Positions 1 to 13,865 of a stretch of 64,000 nt of DNA are shown one piece after another. Origin of the DNA: Octopus bimaculoides (lineage: Eukaryota); assembly GCF_001194135.2 (NCBI RefSeq), contig NC_069004.1, forward strand, positions 15,141,983-15,205,982. Reading direction: 5' to 3'. Every line of letters starts with the position of its first letter. The stretch's first letter is position 1. The notes under the pieces are model-generated. The model made no database searches and was not told the DNA's origin. It saw only the letters and a list, made by a program, of their open reading frames with translations. Both the position numbers and the translations under genes were made by a program.

Positions 1-38
<38 letters not shown>

Positions 39-515
39 ATCATCATCATTGTCGTCGTCATCGTCATTGTTTAATGTCCGCTTTCCATGCTGGCATGGGT
101 TGGATGGTTTGACTGAGGGTTGGGAACCCAGAAGGCTGCACCAGGCTCCAATCTAATCTGGCAAACTTTCTGCAGCTGGATGCCCTTCCTAATGCCAACC
201 AATCCAAGGATGTAGTGGGTGCTTTTTACATGCCACCAGCACAGGAGCCAGTCTGCTAGCACAGGCATCGACCACACACACACACATATATATATATATA
301 TACTCTTTTACTCTTTTACTTGTTTCAGTCTTTTAACTGCGGCCATGCTGGAGCACCGCCTTTAGTCGAGCAAATCGACCCCAGGACTTATTCTTTAGAA
401 GCCTAGTACTTATTCTATCGGTCTCTTTTGCCGAACCACTAAGTTACGGGGACATAAACACACCAGCATCGGTTGTCAAGCAATGTTGGGGGGACAAACA
501 CAGACACACAAACAC

Positions 516-546
<31 letters not shown>

Positions 547-718
547 CATATATACGACGGGCTTCTTTCAGTTTCCGTCTACCAAATCCACTCACAAGGC
601 TTTGGTCGGCCCGAGGCTNNNNNNNNNNTTTTGCCGAACCACTAAGTTACGGGGACATAAACACACCAGCATCGGTTGTCAAGCAATGTTGGGGGGACAA
701 ACACAGACACACAAACAC

Positions 719-749
<31 letters not shown>

Positions 750-953
750 CATATATACGACGGGCTTCTTTCAGTTTCCGTCTACCAAATCCACTCACAA
801 GGCTTTGGTCGGCCCGAGGCTATAGTAGAAGACACTTGCCCAAGATGCCACGCAGTGGGACTGAACCCGGGACCATGTGGTTGGTAAGCAAGCTACTTAC
901 CACACAGCCACTCCTACGCCTATATATATATATATATATATATACACCACTTA

Positions 954-1175
<222 letters not shown>

Positions 1176-2680
1176 TCAATTACATCATGAGAATACAAAA
1201 ACAAGATTATTATAAAGAAAATTTCAGTAAAAGGAATTTTAACAAATCTATACATACAGCTTAAGGAACACAATATGTATGATGATGGAATGTTGCTCAC
1301 TCTTCAGTCTTTATTTTTCTCATCTTGCCTTTATCCTGTCATCCATAGAGTGCTATATCGATATAAATAGCTGTGGTGTGAGAGGGTACGGGGTGGACTG
1401 CTATCTCAGAACACCATGATCATCAGCATTATCATTATCCTTTCTTTTAACCTTTGTTCTCCATGCTGGCATGGGCTGAATGTTTCGACAGGAGTTGGTC
1501 AACTTGAGGGCCACCCAGGCTCCATTGTCTCTTTTTGCATGGTTTCTATGGCTGGATGCTCTTCTTAACACCAACCACTTTACAGAGTCTACTGGGCGTT
1601 TTACATGGCACAAGGACCCACAAGCCAAGACTAGGATCTCTCGACTGACACAGGGATGTTGAGGAAGTGCCTGTATACATGGACAGCCACAATTAAGGTG
1701 AGAAATATAGGAGTGGCTGTCATTAATATTGTAACAATAGTTACAATATTAATAAGAGGTGATAAAAAAATTAGTTTCTCATTATGATCCATAATTATAT
1801 TATTGAGTGAGCTGAACATTTATTATGAATTCATATAGAGGCAGGCATAACAGTGTGGTAAGAAGCTGTCTTCCCAACCACATGGTTCCAGGTTCAGTCC
1901 CACTGCATGGCACCTTGGGCAAGTGTCTTCTTAAGCACTGCAAATCACCAAAAGTCTCGGTTACTTGTCCTCATCTCACTAAGACTCAACATCCTAAGAT
2001 TATATTTCACCACAGTAGAAGATATCTGTTCAAGGTGCCATGCAATGGAGGACTGAACCCAAAACCACATGCTTGGAAAACGGCACTGCACGTTATGCGG
2101 CTCCACAATCATTCATTTTCTCTTTATCTTCCTTCCTTCCTCTGCTGCGTCTACTGGGTAGCTGTACCTGTGTCTACTGCTGATGCTTGCAGCATCAAGT
2201 GGTTGCCTATCTAAGTACTTAACCAGGATCAACACTGCTTAACTGCAGTGACTGGACAAGAACTAGTGCTTTCAAAATGAGAAAGAGAATATCACATGTA
2301 GTGGGGTTTTCATAATCAGTACGTTATATCCCTGAATGTCATAAAGGGTTAGCATCCAACCGTAAAACTGCCTCAAAGAATCCCATCTAACTTATGCCAG
2401 TATGGAAAGGGAAAAAAACAATCATGATCAATTACGATGGACTTCTGCAGATTTCATGAATAAAATTCCACTCACCAGGCATTGGTCAACTTGAAAGTAA
2501 GGCAGAATACACTTGTCCAAATGCAATGCAGTTGGATTGAACCTGAAGCCATATGGTTGTGAAATGCATTTCTCAACCACATAGCCATGCCTGTACTTAT
2601 GTTATTTTAAAATTTATCCAAACTACTATATATTATCCATTCTCCTTAAATTTATAATACAAATAAAATAATATACTAAC

Positions 2681-2837
2681 CAAGCTGGTCAAGTTGTTTA
2701 TCTTCTAGTAAACGGTTAACGAGACTATTGCCCTTTTCTATTGTACACACAGCAATATCAACATTTTTAAAACCACCTCTAGGAGTCTGGCTGCCAAGGA
2801 AACCACCAACACGGATACCAACTTCATCACATAAAAA
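2681..2837 (-). CDS. POLQ: POLQ exon (absent from the ORF track)
   Basis: Translates FLCDEVGIRVGGFLGSQTPRGGFKNVDIAVCTIEKGNSLVNRLLEDKQLDQL(G), matching the POLQ DIAVCTIE region. TTTCAG acceptor, GTTAGT donor; 157 nt, phase 0 to 1, fits both neighbours. Confidence 0.95.
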
Positions 2838-2877
2838 CTGAAATTATATTGATATATACATATATATATATACATAC

Positions 2878-2920
<43 letters not shown>

Positions 2921-3208
2921 AGTGACAATATATGGATTTAAGTAACCTGGTAGTACTCATAAAAAAAACTCCTTAATGTATCATTCTACAAAACATATAG
3001 AATACATAGTATGATACAGGAGAATACAATAAAGTCATAAATGACAAAGATGAGCAGAGGCTACTGTAAGTAGTTGTAGAAAAGGCAGAATTAGGAGATA
3101 GCATGCCTATAGGTGAGTGAAGGAGAGAGAGTGTGTGTTATTGAGTGACTTCATCCTAGTCAGTCAGGTGGCAGTCTTTGTTGGGTTATGGGCTAAGATG
3201 TACATGCA

Positions 3209-3247
<39 letters not shown>

Positions 3248-3708
3248 ACAACAGCAGTACCTACCATCCAAGATATGGGAGCAGTATTCCACTGTGGGTC
3301 TCACAATCATCATCATCACCATCAACATTTAATGGCCATTTACCATGCTGGCATGAGCTGGATGGCTTGACAGGAGCTGGTAAGGCCAGGGGCCACACCA
3401 GGTTCCATAGTCTATTTTCGCTTCGTCTCTACAGCTGGGTGCCCTTCCTAATGCCAACCACCTTACAGAGTGTACTGAGTGCGTTTTATGTGGCACCAGC
3501 ACCCACACCAATGCTTTTTACGTGGTACCTTGCTTTTAGAATCTGTTCTGTTGTGGTGGGCAGGTCTCCTTGAGTACAGCAGTGCACCACACATCTCAGT
3601 CCTCTGTCATCTCCTTCATAAGGTTCAGCGTTTACAATGTAAATATGATTGTAAAAGTCTCTTAACACATTGAGAAAATTAAAGGGAGATATGTTTGCTA
3701 GAATCTTA

Positions 3709-4223
<515 letters not shown>

Positions 4224-5834
4224 CTATCTTGGAGTGGTTGGTGTTAGGAAGGGCATCCAGCTGTAGAAACTCTGCCAAATCAGATTGGAGCCTGGTGTAG
4301 CCATCTGGTTTCACCAGTCCTCAGTCAAATTGTCCAACCCATGCTAGCATGGAAAGCGGACGTTAAACGACGATGATGATGATGATGATGAATGATTGGT
4401 AAGTAAATGAATTCCTTAAACATGTTCTTTAACCATTTAGCATTCAGGTTATTCTGCCAAATGTCATACTTATTTATTCATGCATTATCTTGTAGCTTTC
4501 AGATTTTCTATGTAGTAAGCATGTTCACAGTTTGGCTCTGCTTTTAAGTACTCACATTCTGGTTCATCACATGATAGTTGGGTCCCTCTAGCTTTACTCA
4601 GGCTGTCCATCCCATCACGTGACAGACCAGCCAAGTGCACCACCATCAGCTATATAGGGAAAGTCTTTCCACTATTTCTTCAATGAGGTGAGTTGCATGG
4701 TGTTCGAATTTTCAGCACAGAGTGAGTTTTATTCCACAGGCAGCCTCAGCTATCCTTCGAAACATACGTTTGTTCCTGTCCTCCAGCAGAAGTTACGTCT
4801 CATATGCATTTTTCCTGTTCTATCCAGCATACATCATCATTATGTACCATGTGCTTGTTAAACCATTGTGTATATATTCTGACCATTCCTTCAAGATGTA
4901 TTTCTACAGCTATGCAATCTTAACACTTTTTAACAGGTTGAATAAAACATCGCACTTAATCCTGGTTTCCTTGTTCTTCTTTTATCTATACACACAACCT
5001 TACACAAACCAAGCATTATTCATTAACCTCAACCTTCAGCCATTAAAATGTGATTGTTTATTTTCAGAATGACATTGTTGGGTAGATGTAAGAGGCTGGA
5101 TCTGGCCAGTTTGAACATAAAACATGTAGAATATTTGTGGGCCGGGTATGGTCAGTTTAAATGCTAAAAGGGTTAAGAAGGAGTAAGACTTATCTAGGTA
5201 CTTTTGAGATTTTAATTTTTGATATTGAATTTGAAAGTTTTCAGGAAAATACAACTTATTTAGCAGAAATTAAACAACAGAAAAGGAACAGAGATATTTA
5301 TAGAGAATATCATCATCATCATCATCGTCGTCGTCGTTTAACATCCGCTTTCCATGCTAGCATGGGTTGGACGATTTGACTGAGGACTGGTGAACCGGAT
5401 GGCTGCACCAGGCTCCAATCTGATTTGGCAGAGTTTCTACAGCTGGATGCCCTTCCTAACGCCAACCACTCCAAGAGTGTAGTTGGTGCTTTTACGTGCC
5501 ACCGGCTTGAGGGCCAGTCACACGGTACTCGCAATGGCCACGCTCAAAATGGTGTTTTTTACGTGCCACCTGCACAGGAGCCAGTCCAGCGGCATAAATT
5601 GCAAAAGAAATTTTTTTATTAAATTCCAATTTCTCNNNNNNNNNNTTCCCCGTTAACAATTTCAGGTTTTGCACATGCGTGTATGAATAAAGTAAGAATA
5701 GGAATAAAGTAAGTACACAGGTCAGTACACACACATGCACAATCCCTATATTTCTCAATCTGTTGCAGCTGATCATGATTTTAATCTCATTAAATAAATA
5801 TTACATTATTGACTTCATGTTAAATAAACTATTA

Positions 5835-5910
5835 CTTCCCATTAAATTACTTTGGTATAATTTCTTCCCATTAAATTACTTTTGCATAATTTCTTCCCAT
5901 TAAATTACTA
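5835..5910. repeat. 29-bp tandem repeat, ~2.6 units
   Basis: CTTCCCATTAAATTACT recurs at 5835, 5864 and 5893. Confidence 0.85.
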
Positions 5911-6636
5911 TTACTTTAAAATCATTATAATAACAATTATAACTATGTTGAAGTAACATCAAATTAATATGGAGTAATGATTATCAACATATTAATAGCC
6001 ATGTTTCTGCCTTTGTAAAATATGTACAATGCTAAGGGAAGTAACTCTAAAAGTACGCGAGAAACTGTTGTATGCTATGGTAGTGGGCAGAGACAGCAAT
6101 GATGACTGGTTGTAACAATAGTGAAACAGTAATGAGAGAGAGGAAGTAAGACAGGATTCTAAGAAATGAGAAGCTATGTGATATCCTTTTGTCTTTAGTT
6201 ATATCATTGCCTTATTGTACATATAATTTACTGTGTAAATTTAAGTGCCAGTATTTTGTTACATATGTATTTTTATTCATATTGCCCTGATTATATATTT
6301 TTTAATGTTCTTTGTGCTGTTTTAGCCATAAGATGACACCATCCCACTGGCTGGGCGGGCAGGCCAACATTTTGTTGGATGGCCGTTGACAATTGGGCTT
6401 TTCAGTTCCAATGAGAAAAGTCTGTAAGATGAGTCTTCCAGTATTTACTCCTTGTATATACATAGCCATGCCTGTGCTTAATAAGAAATAATTAGAATTA
6501 ACTAATAGTTTATTTAGCATTAAGAACTAGATCAGACCAAGAGATTGTGTGTGTGTTTGTACTGACCTTTTAGTGATTGTGTCTATATTAAGAATCTGGA
6601 AAGAAAAAGTATAAGCAGAACAAAAGCTGAACTTAC

Positions 6637-6771
6637 TCAGAGTTTGTCCAGTTGAGAGACACTCTGCTTGCCATTGAAACATTTCACGTATTCCAAGTAT
6701 ATGATATTGTTGTAATATAGGTTCAGGCAAATTCCAGCTCGAGAGCAATAGTTTGCTATTTCCAACATTGG
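6637..6771 (-). CDS. POLQ: POLQ exon, Q-motif region
   Basis: Translates (T)NVGNSKLLLSSWNLPEPILQQYHILGIREMFQWQAECLSTGQTL, similar to POLQ KLLLANWGLP...MFEWQAECL. TTTCCAG acceptor, GTAAGT donor; 135 nt, phase 1 to 1. Confidence 0.94.
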   Translation of the reverse strand, partial: PMLEIANYCSRAGICLNLYYNNIIYLEYVKCFNGKQSVSQLDKL

Positions 6772-8173
6772 CTGGAAAGAACAACAGAGAAAATTAGCTC
6801 AATGCCACAAGAAACAGAAGTTCAGAACCAAACATTTAAACCAGATTTCAGCAATATTCTTCAATAAGTACTTGCCTTTCTTTTTAGGATGACTGTAATT
6901 TGACGGAGATGTGGGTACTTTTTCTAGCAGACTGAGTGACCAAATAAAGGCTTCCTCAGTGGTTCACTATTTTGTCTGTAATGTCCATCTCTGGTATGTT
7001 TGGAATATCAGTAGTAGTACCATTCATTATCATCCTCATCATTTAACATCCACTTTCCATGCTGGATGTTTTGACTGGAGCTGGTAAGGCCAGCAGCTGC
7101 ACCAGACGTCATTGTCTATTCTGACATGGTTTCTACCAACCACTCTGCAGAGTGTACTGGGTGCTTTTAACATGGCACCAACATAACTGCATTCCTCCAA
7201 CTATTTTGCTAGTATATAACAATTTCTAGTATAATTATTATTATTATTAACCCATAAACTGCGATAGGCCACCTCAGTGGCCAATGCAACAGGCCACGGA
7301 AGTAGGGCATGATCTGACCTAATTTTGATGACGTGTAATGTATGCACATGATACCCTTTCACCCCAGAAACAGTGTAGCCAATCACAGAAGGTGTTAAGA
7401 AACACTGAGTATTTTTTTCGAGTGATAGATCGATGTTGACCTTTACCCAAAATAGGCTCAGCAGTTCGTGTTACATACATCAAAATGGATTTAGACCAAG
7501 GAATTTCATAACATCTCAAATCACAGCCCGAAAGCGTATCAGAGAAGGAGTTAAATCAAGACAGCTGCCTGCTTATTATAACCTTCATGAACATCAGCAA
7601 AGCATTCTAGTATAAATACAATATCAGAATTCATCAAGAAGAAGAAAACAACAGATTACATTGATCCCCAGTAACTAACAGGTATTGTTATCAACNNNNN
7701 NNNNNNNNNNNNNNNNNNNNNNNNNNNNNNNNNNNNNNNNNNNNNNNNNNNNNNNNNNNNNNNNNNNNNNNNNNNNNNNNNNNNNNNNNNNNNNNNNNNN
7801 NNNNNNNNNNNNNNNNNNNNNNNNNNNNNNNNNNNNNNNNNNNNNNNNNNNNNNNNNNNNNNNNNNNNNNNNNNNNNNNNNNNNNNNNNNNNNNNNNNNN
7901 NNNNNNNNNNNNNNNNNNNNNNNNNNNNNNNNNNNNNNNNNNNNNNNNNNNNNNNNNNNNNNNNNNNNNNTATATATATATATATGCATTTGACTACCGA
8001 TTCTGGTGTGTTTACATCCCCGCAACTTAGCGGTTCGGCAAAAGAGACCAATATAATAAGTACTAGGCTTACAAAGAATAAGTCCTTAAAACAAATACCA
8101 CAATTATTTTGCCTGACAGTCTTATGGTTGTGTCAACCATTGCCTTCAATATCTTTATTAAATAAGAACTTAC

Positions 8174-8372
8174 TTGTGTTTTGGTGTACTTCCAAATTCT
8201 GAAGACTAATAAATGAACCTTCATTGGGATTTTTAAGTGGTGAATCTTCATCTTGAACCCGGCATGTTTTCTCAGATGAAAGAGGACATCTTGTTAGAGT
8301 GGTTGGCCCAACATTACAAATATCTTGACTGGGTAAAGTACAGGCAGATGATCTCTTCACATTAGTAAATTC
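8174..8372 (-). CDS. POLQ: POLQ N-terminal exon (poorly conserved region)
   Basis: Open frame EFTNVKRSSACTLPSQ...LEVHQNT; TTTAAG acceptor, GTAAGT donor at 8173; 199 nt, phase 0 to 1, in frame with the 6771 exon. Supported by splice signals and phase, not by recognisable homology. Confidence 0.75.
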
Positions 8373-8498
8373 CTTAAATAAAAACAGAATAACTAATAAA
8401 CAAAAACAAAAAAGGGTTTCGCTCTAAATGTCAGATAACAGAAATAAGTGCAAGATAAAAGATAATACGATATGAAGTAATGTTTAGAAATAACTTAC

Positions 8499-8553
8499 AT
8501 GTATTAGTTTACCCGACTTTGAATCATTTTTCTGAATGTTCTCCATGCTTTTC
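8499..8553 (-). CDS. POLQ: Probable POLQ start exon (ATG at 8546)
   Basis: TCTTTATTACAG acceptor, then GAAAAGC-ATG-G (A at -3, G at +4), MENIQKNDSKSGKLIH, GTAAGT donor at 8498; phase 0 joins the 8372 exon across a 126-nt intron. Confidence 0.65.
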
Positions 8554-9774
8554 CTGTAATAAAGACACGATATACAGCAACATGTTTATATTAGACGGAG
8601 ACATACTGACTCATCAACGTTGTGCTACACAAACATCTTCTGCTAAGATGAAAGGAAAGGTTGACTTCAGCAGGAATTGAGCTCAGAACACAAAGAGCCG
8701 AAACAACTATCACAAGACATTTTTTTTTATAACACTCTAATAGTGCAATAGGCAGTCTTATAACTAACAATAATAATAACGATTTCAAATTTTGGCACAA
8801 GGCCAGTAATTTCAGGGGAGTGGGTAAGTCAATTACACTGATTCCAGTGTCCAACTGGTCCTTATTTTATTGACCCTGAAAGAGATGAAAGGCAAGGTCG
8901 ACCTTAGCAGAATTTGAACTCAGAACATAAAGACAGACAAAATGCCACTAAGCGTTTTGCCAGGTATTTTAACAATTCTGCCAGCTCATCACCTTAATAA
9001 TAATAATGATAATCCTTTCTACTGAATGCACAATACCTGAATTTTAGGAAGAGGGGCTAGTCAATTATATCAATCTTAGTACTAAGCTGGTACTTATTTT
9101 ATCAACCCCAAAAGGATGAAAGGCAAAGTCAACCTCAGTGGAATTTGAACTCAGAACATACAGACAGATGAAATGCTGCTAAGCATTTTGCCTGGCATTT
9201 TAACGATTCTGCCAGCTTGCCACTTTGCTAATGATAATAATAACAGAGATCAAAAATACCGTTTTTGTTTTCTGTGTGTCTTTGTAATTCGTGAAGTTTT
9301 CCTGTGAAGAGATCTGCATGTGTTACTAACAGCAAAACGACCAAGGAAGCGTTGTCCTGTTTGTCCAGTCTTTGACACTGACATCTTAGAATGATTCAAG
9401 TGACAGACAATTACTTGTAATGGAAGAAGAAATACGTTTCTATTTCTGTCATTTTCATATCATTTCTGAAAAAAATAGAATTAGGGTTTTAGTAAGAATT
9501 TCTGACAAAGGTACGAGGGTTAAAGAGTAAAATCAATTTAACTGACTCTAGAATACAATTAATATTTATTGAAAGATGTTGATCTCAATGGCATTTGAAC
9601 TGAGGCTGTAAAGTGATGTGACTAAATACTGTCAGGAATTTTACTTACCATTTTGCTGATTCCGTCATTCACCAACCTGAAATTAGATTTCAATAAGATT
9701 GTAATTAGAATGTATGTTTACAATATATACTTCAATAGTATGTTTCAAGTAGTTTGATCCCTGCTCATCATCAT

Positions 9775-10085
9775 CATCAAATGCTATCACCATGGCTGGT
9801 AACTTCAACAAATGATGTATTGCAGACCAAGTCATTTGTATCACAAAACTCCAGTAGCCTTGTTCCCACCTCATTTCTGGAACCAAAGCCACAACCTCTC
9901 TGCACACCATAAAATCCATCGAGAGTGTTTCCCAACATGACCATTGAAGTCCCCCAGTCATGATGATAACACCATTGTCTCTTGTTGTGAAGGTAGTCTG
10001 CAGAAGGGATTCATAGAAACAGTCCCTCTGAACATCTGCTAATCTGATATGTGAAGCATATGCAGAGATAAATGCTACTGTTACA
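9775..10085 (-). mobile_element. RTE-clade LINE apurinic-endonuclease fragment
   Basis: FISAYASHIRLADVQRDCFYESLLQT and, in another frame, GFGSRNEVGTRLLEFC: APE-domain motifs. Not a POLQ exon. Confidence 0.75.
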
Positions 10086-10688
10086 TTAAACAAAATTATC
10101 CTTAACTTAATAATACTATCACATACAATCTGGCTACCTCAATCACCTTAGTCACCCATTTCTCCACCAGAAGAATACCTACACCACCTACTTTACCTCT
10201 GCTGCCCACCCAGAATTTGTGTGTGCTTCTGTCTCCTTGTATTTGATATTATATGATAGTTGTAAACAAGCATCACTGTGATACAAGTGGTGTCCTTCAT
10301 TTCCAGTCTTCCATGAAAAGGCAACAAATTCCATTCCAATTCATGTGATCATGGAAAAATGGATGTTGAAACATTGCTGCTGCAGAACATCTTCCATCAT
10401 TACTGATCTCTATTCACCCATCAAATGGACAAATACACATTAAAGTCACACCTAGTTTATGAGGAGTTACAGTACATCTACTATATTTGCTGTTCCCTGT
10501 TTCACTCCTATAAAGGAGCAATACTTGTCTTAGATACAACTTACTAATATCTACAGACCATTACAATTCTGTTTTGCCCCTACCTAAGAACAGTACATAT
10601 CTTAGACTCACTGAGCATATTTATTGGAAGTTACAGTACAACCTCTATCATTGATACTTCCTAGCTTAGATACTATATTATCACTGGC

Positions 10689-11002
10689 ACCATTAATTGT
10701 TTACATTATTTACATTTGACAGGTATTTGTTCTAATCTTGCTTGCTGTTAACACGTTTCAGCTGATATACTCTCTAGCCTTCATCAGGTGTCTTGGGGAA
10801 ATTTCGAACCTGGGTTCTCATTCCTAAGGTATTTTTTAAATGTTATTACTATTATCATTATTATTATTTAGGTCACTGCCTGGAATCGAACTCGGAATCT
10901 TGGGGTTAGTAGCCTGCGCTCTTAACCACTACGCCATATGCCCATGTAAATAATATACATAATTCCTCATCTCTTAAATATAGAACTGTACCATTAATTG
11001 TT
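10689..11002 (-). mobile_element. tRNA-headed element with hammerhead-like core and 13-bp flanking direct repeat
   Basis: A box TGGCGTAGTGG (10926-10936), B box AGTTCGATTCC (10882-10892), CTGATGA...GAAAC (10755-10787); ACCATTAATTGTT at 10689-10701 and 10990-11002. Confidence 0.7.
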
Positions 11003-11429
11003 ATTGAATTCTTTTAAAAGTTAGCCATTTGTATTCCCATTTCAGGGGCACCTTACTTTCAGAGTATTTTCCCATTATGCACCGGTTCGGCTGTATTAAA
11101 TTCGACAAGCGCACAAACAAAATTATCCAGATGTTCACAGTAAAGGGCAATAACTCCAGGTTTCACTGCTTAAATTTGTGGAAACAAACCCAAAAGAAAC
11201 ACGTATCTCGGGAATCCGTGGTCCGATTTACATGAAACTTGTTTTATTCCATTTGTATTCACATTTCAGAGGTACCTTACTTTTAGGGTAGTTTGCCATT
11301 ACGCGCCGGTTTGGCTGTATTTAATTATAGACACACAAGCAAGCAATCACAGTTTTAGTAGTATATAGTATATACTTTTAGTAGTATATAGTAGTATATT
11401 ACAATATTTACTTGCCTCAATCTTCAATC

Positions 11430-12400
11430 GGCATTGAAATCCCGCTTGTAGTTAAACTGGCTAGTGTGCCTACAAAAGTGATCAGACAGTTGGCACATTT
11501 CCTGAAGTTAGTATTGCAGACCAGCAAGTCCTTTGCATCACAAAACTCCAGTGGCCTTTTTCCCTCTTTATTTCTGGAACCAAAGCCACAATCTCTAAGT
11601 ACGCCAGAAACAGAGACAGATGGATACTTGTGAACGTAAAGTCCTTTCCAGGTGATGAATGTACAATTCAACATAGGTTAGAAGTTAGTAACTTCATACT
11701 TAGGGTTAGAAGAACCCAGGAACACAAACTGATGTGAAAAAGGTTATGGAAACTCAAGGACCCTTCAAATGATTAGAGATTTAGAGATATTCTAAATGAA
11801 GCATTTGATAAGAAGGAAGAGATAGTGACGTATGACATAGAGGACAACTGGAAGTTCTTACAAAATAATCTACTGAGGGTAACAGACTAAATCTGTGGTT
11901 GGAGCAAAGCTTCTGCCAGACCAAGGGTGACATGGTGGTGGAACAGTAAGGTCGACAGGGCCATAAAAGAGAAGAGAAGGTTTGGAAAGAATTGAAAAGT
12001 GGGGGTTGCAAAGAACCATATCAGGTAGCTAAACGGGAAGCTAGGCAACAGGTTTATTTAGCTAGGGCAGAAGCAGAAAGGAAGAATCACTGTTTTACAG
12101 CATGAAGATCAGACTTGAGGTGTTCCAGGTTGCTAGTTAGTACGTCAGAGAGATCTACCTTGCTTTCACACTCCATTTACCTCAAACGCAATCACCCTCC
12201 TCAGAACATGCCCATACCACCTCACTCCATTCGCCCTTGCCAACCATTCTACCGATTCCTCCGACCCCAGCATTCCCATCATATCCTCAGTCCTCCTCTT
12301 ATCAAACACCTTCACTCCCACACATTTCTCTCCCCATTGCTAACCACAATATTTGCATCTACTGAGCATTTGTTTGCATCATCTTGTTGTACAGTTGAGT
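11430..12400. mobile_element. Cluster of RTE LINE fragments in mixed orientation
   Basis: APE piece GFGSRNKEGKRPLEFCDAKDLLVCNTNFRK (minus, 11430-11680); linker TWWWNSKVDRAIKEKR (plus, 11740-12130); C-terminal RWYGHVLRR-like piece (minus, 12140-12400). Confidence 0.7.
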
Positions 12401-13865
12401 GACATGTCTAATGAAAGTGGCAGACTTACTAAGCAAACTGGAAGTATTTGGTTAATTTTGCCTTCTCCTATGCCATTATCTTGTTTTGATAGTGGGATGT
12501 GATTTGAGGGCGATTTCACTAATGTTTTTAGCAAATCCAGATGATTTAATTGTAGCCAGGGTTAATAAAATAGATTAACCCAGGACAATAAATCCCCCCA
12601 TGCATTATACCTACTTCTTCCTCCTCCTCCGCAGGACGCCAACAGACAACCCAACCATGCCATCTTTCTCTTATACCCCAACCAGACGACTGTATCAACC
12701 CTCATAACGTTTTTATGTGGAATTTTCAGAAAAGTTTTGCCAATTTGTTCTCCACACGGGAATTCATACGATTATAAAAAAATATTTGTGTGTGTGTGTG
12801 TGATTTAAGGGCGATTTAGCTGTTATTTTTAGCACGTCTCACGATCACCTGATGCCTCTGATACCTTCCTTCATTTCTTTGCCACCCTGGCATGTATTGA
12901 TGTTTCTCGATATTTTTCTCTCCACAAACACAATAAATGGAATGATGACGATGCACTCAAGGGTGGTCCATTGGCAGGATCTAAGCAAAAAATTCGGACT
13001 GTCCGTATTTTAAACTCTAATTTAAAGAGTGGAACTTTCAATGATTTATGGGGAGGTCGGAAGGGGTTTACAATTTTTTTTCGTTTTTTATTAATCGTAT
13101 GAATTCCTATGTATAGAACATAAATACGCAAAAAGTTTTCTGAAAATTAAAAAAAAATGGAAAAGTTATAAGGGTTTATATGGGGTATTTAAACCAGAAT
13201 TCCGCCACGTTCTGTACTGAGGTGGTGGAGGATTATTATTTACGTAGATTCGATAAGTTTATTCCGAAAAGGTTTCTGGATAATCTCCGTAAGATTTGTT
13301 ACTGAAACATCATTCAAAGATAGGAGAGTATTGTAATTCGCTTGAAACATTGTGCATTGTTTGAAAAGAATAAAAAGTTTAGAATGGGGTCCAGATGGAC
13401 TATACGTAATCTGAACCTTTCCCCACTTATTTTTTTTTTTTTACGGAATCCCACGTTTTAGGCTATGGAGATTCCGATTCTGAAAAAAAATTTTCAAAAT
13501 TTTGATTCCCCCACCCCCCGGTTTTTATATAGATCCACAGAGTAAACCTAACCCTAACTCAAACCCTTCAGATCTTCCATTTTTTGTTTTATAGTAATTG
13601 TAATTCCGAAATATCATCGGACTATAGATAACCAAATTACAACAGGTATATAGTCCATTTTTTTGTTTTATAGTGCATTGTTGTACCATTCTAAACTTTT
13701 TATTCTTTATCATTCAAAGAAATACGACCCGTTCGAAGCCAACGAAGTTTTCATTTATAAACGTTTTTCCCTGCTTCATACGTAAGATGTTGTTTATGGT
13801 AGGTGGATCTTAGAACACGTTTTTAGTGTTAAAAGAAAATAGGAAAAGAAAAAGAGACAAAATAC

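Noticed and set aside
427-820. Exact ~190-bp tandem duplication (427-617 and 629-820)
   Set aside because: The two identical copies flank an 11-N gap, the usual sign of unmerged overlapping contig ends; treated as an assembly artefact.
9683-10093. 136-aa ORF as a possible extra POLQ exon
   Set aside because: It carries RTE endonuclease motifs across shifting frames and lacks phase-compatible splice sites.
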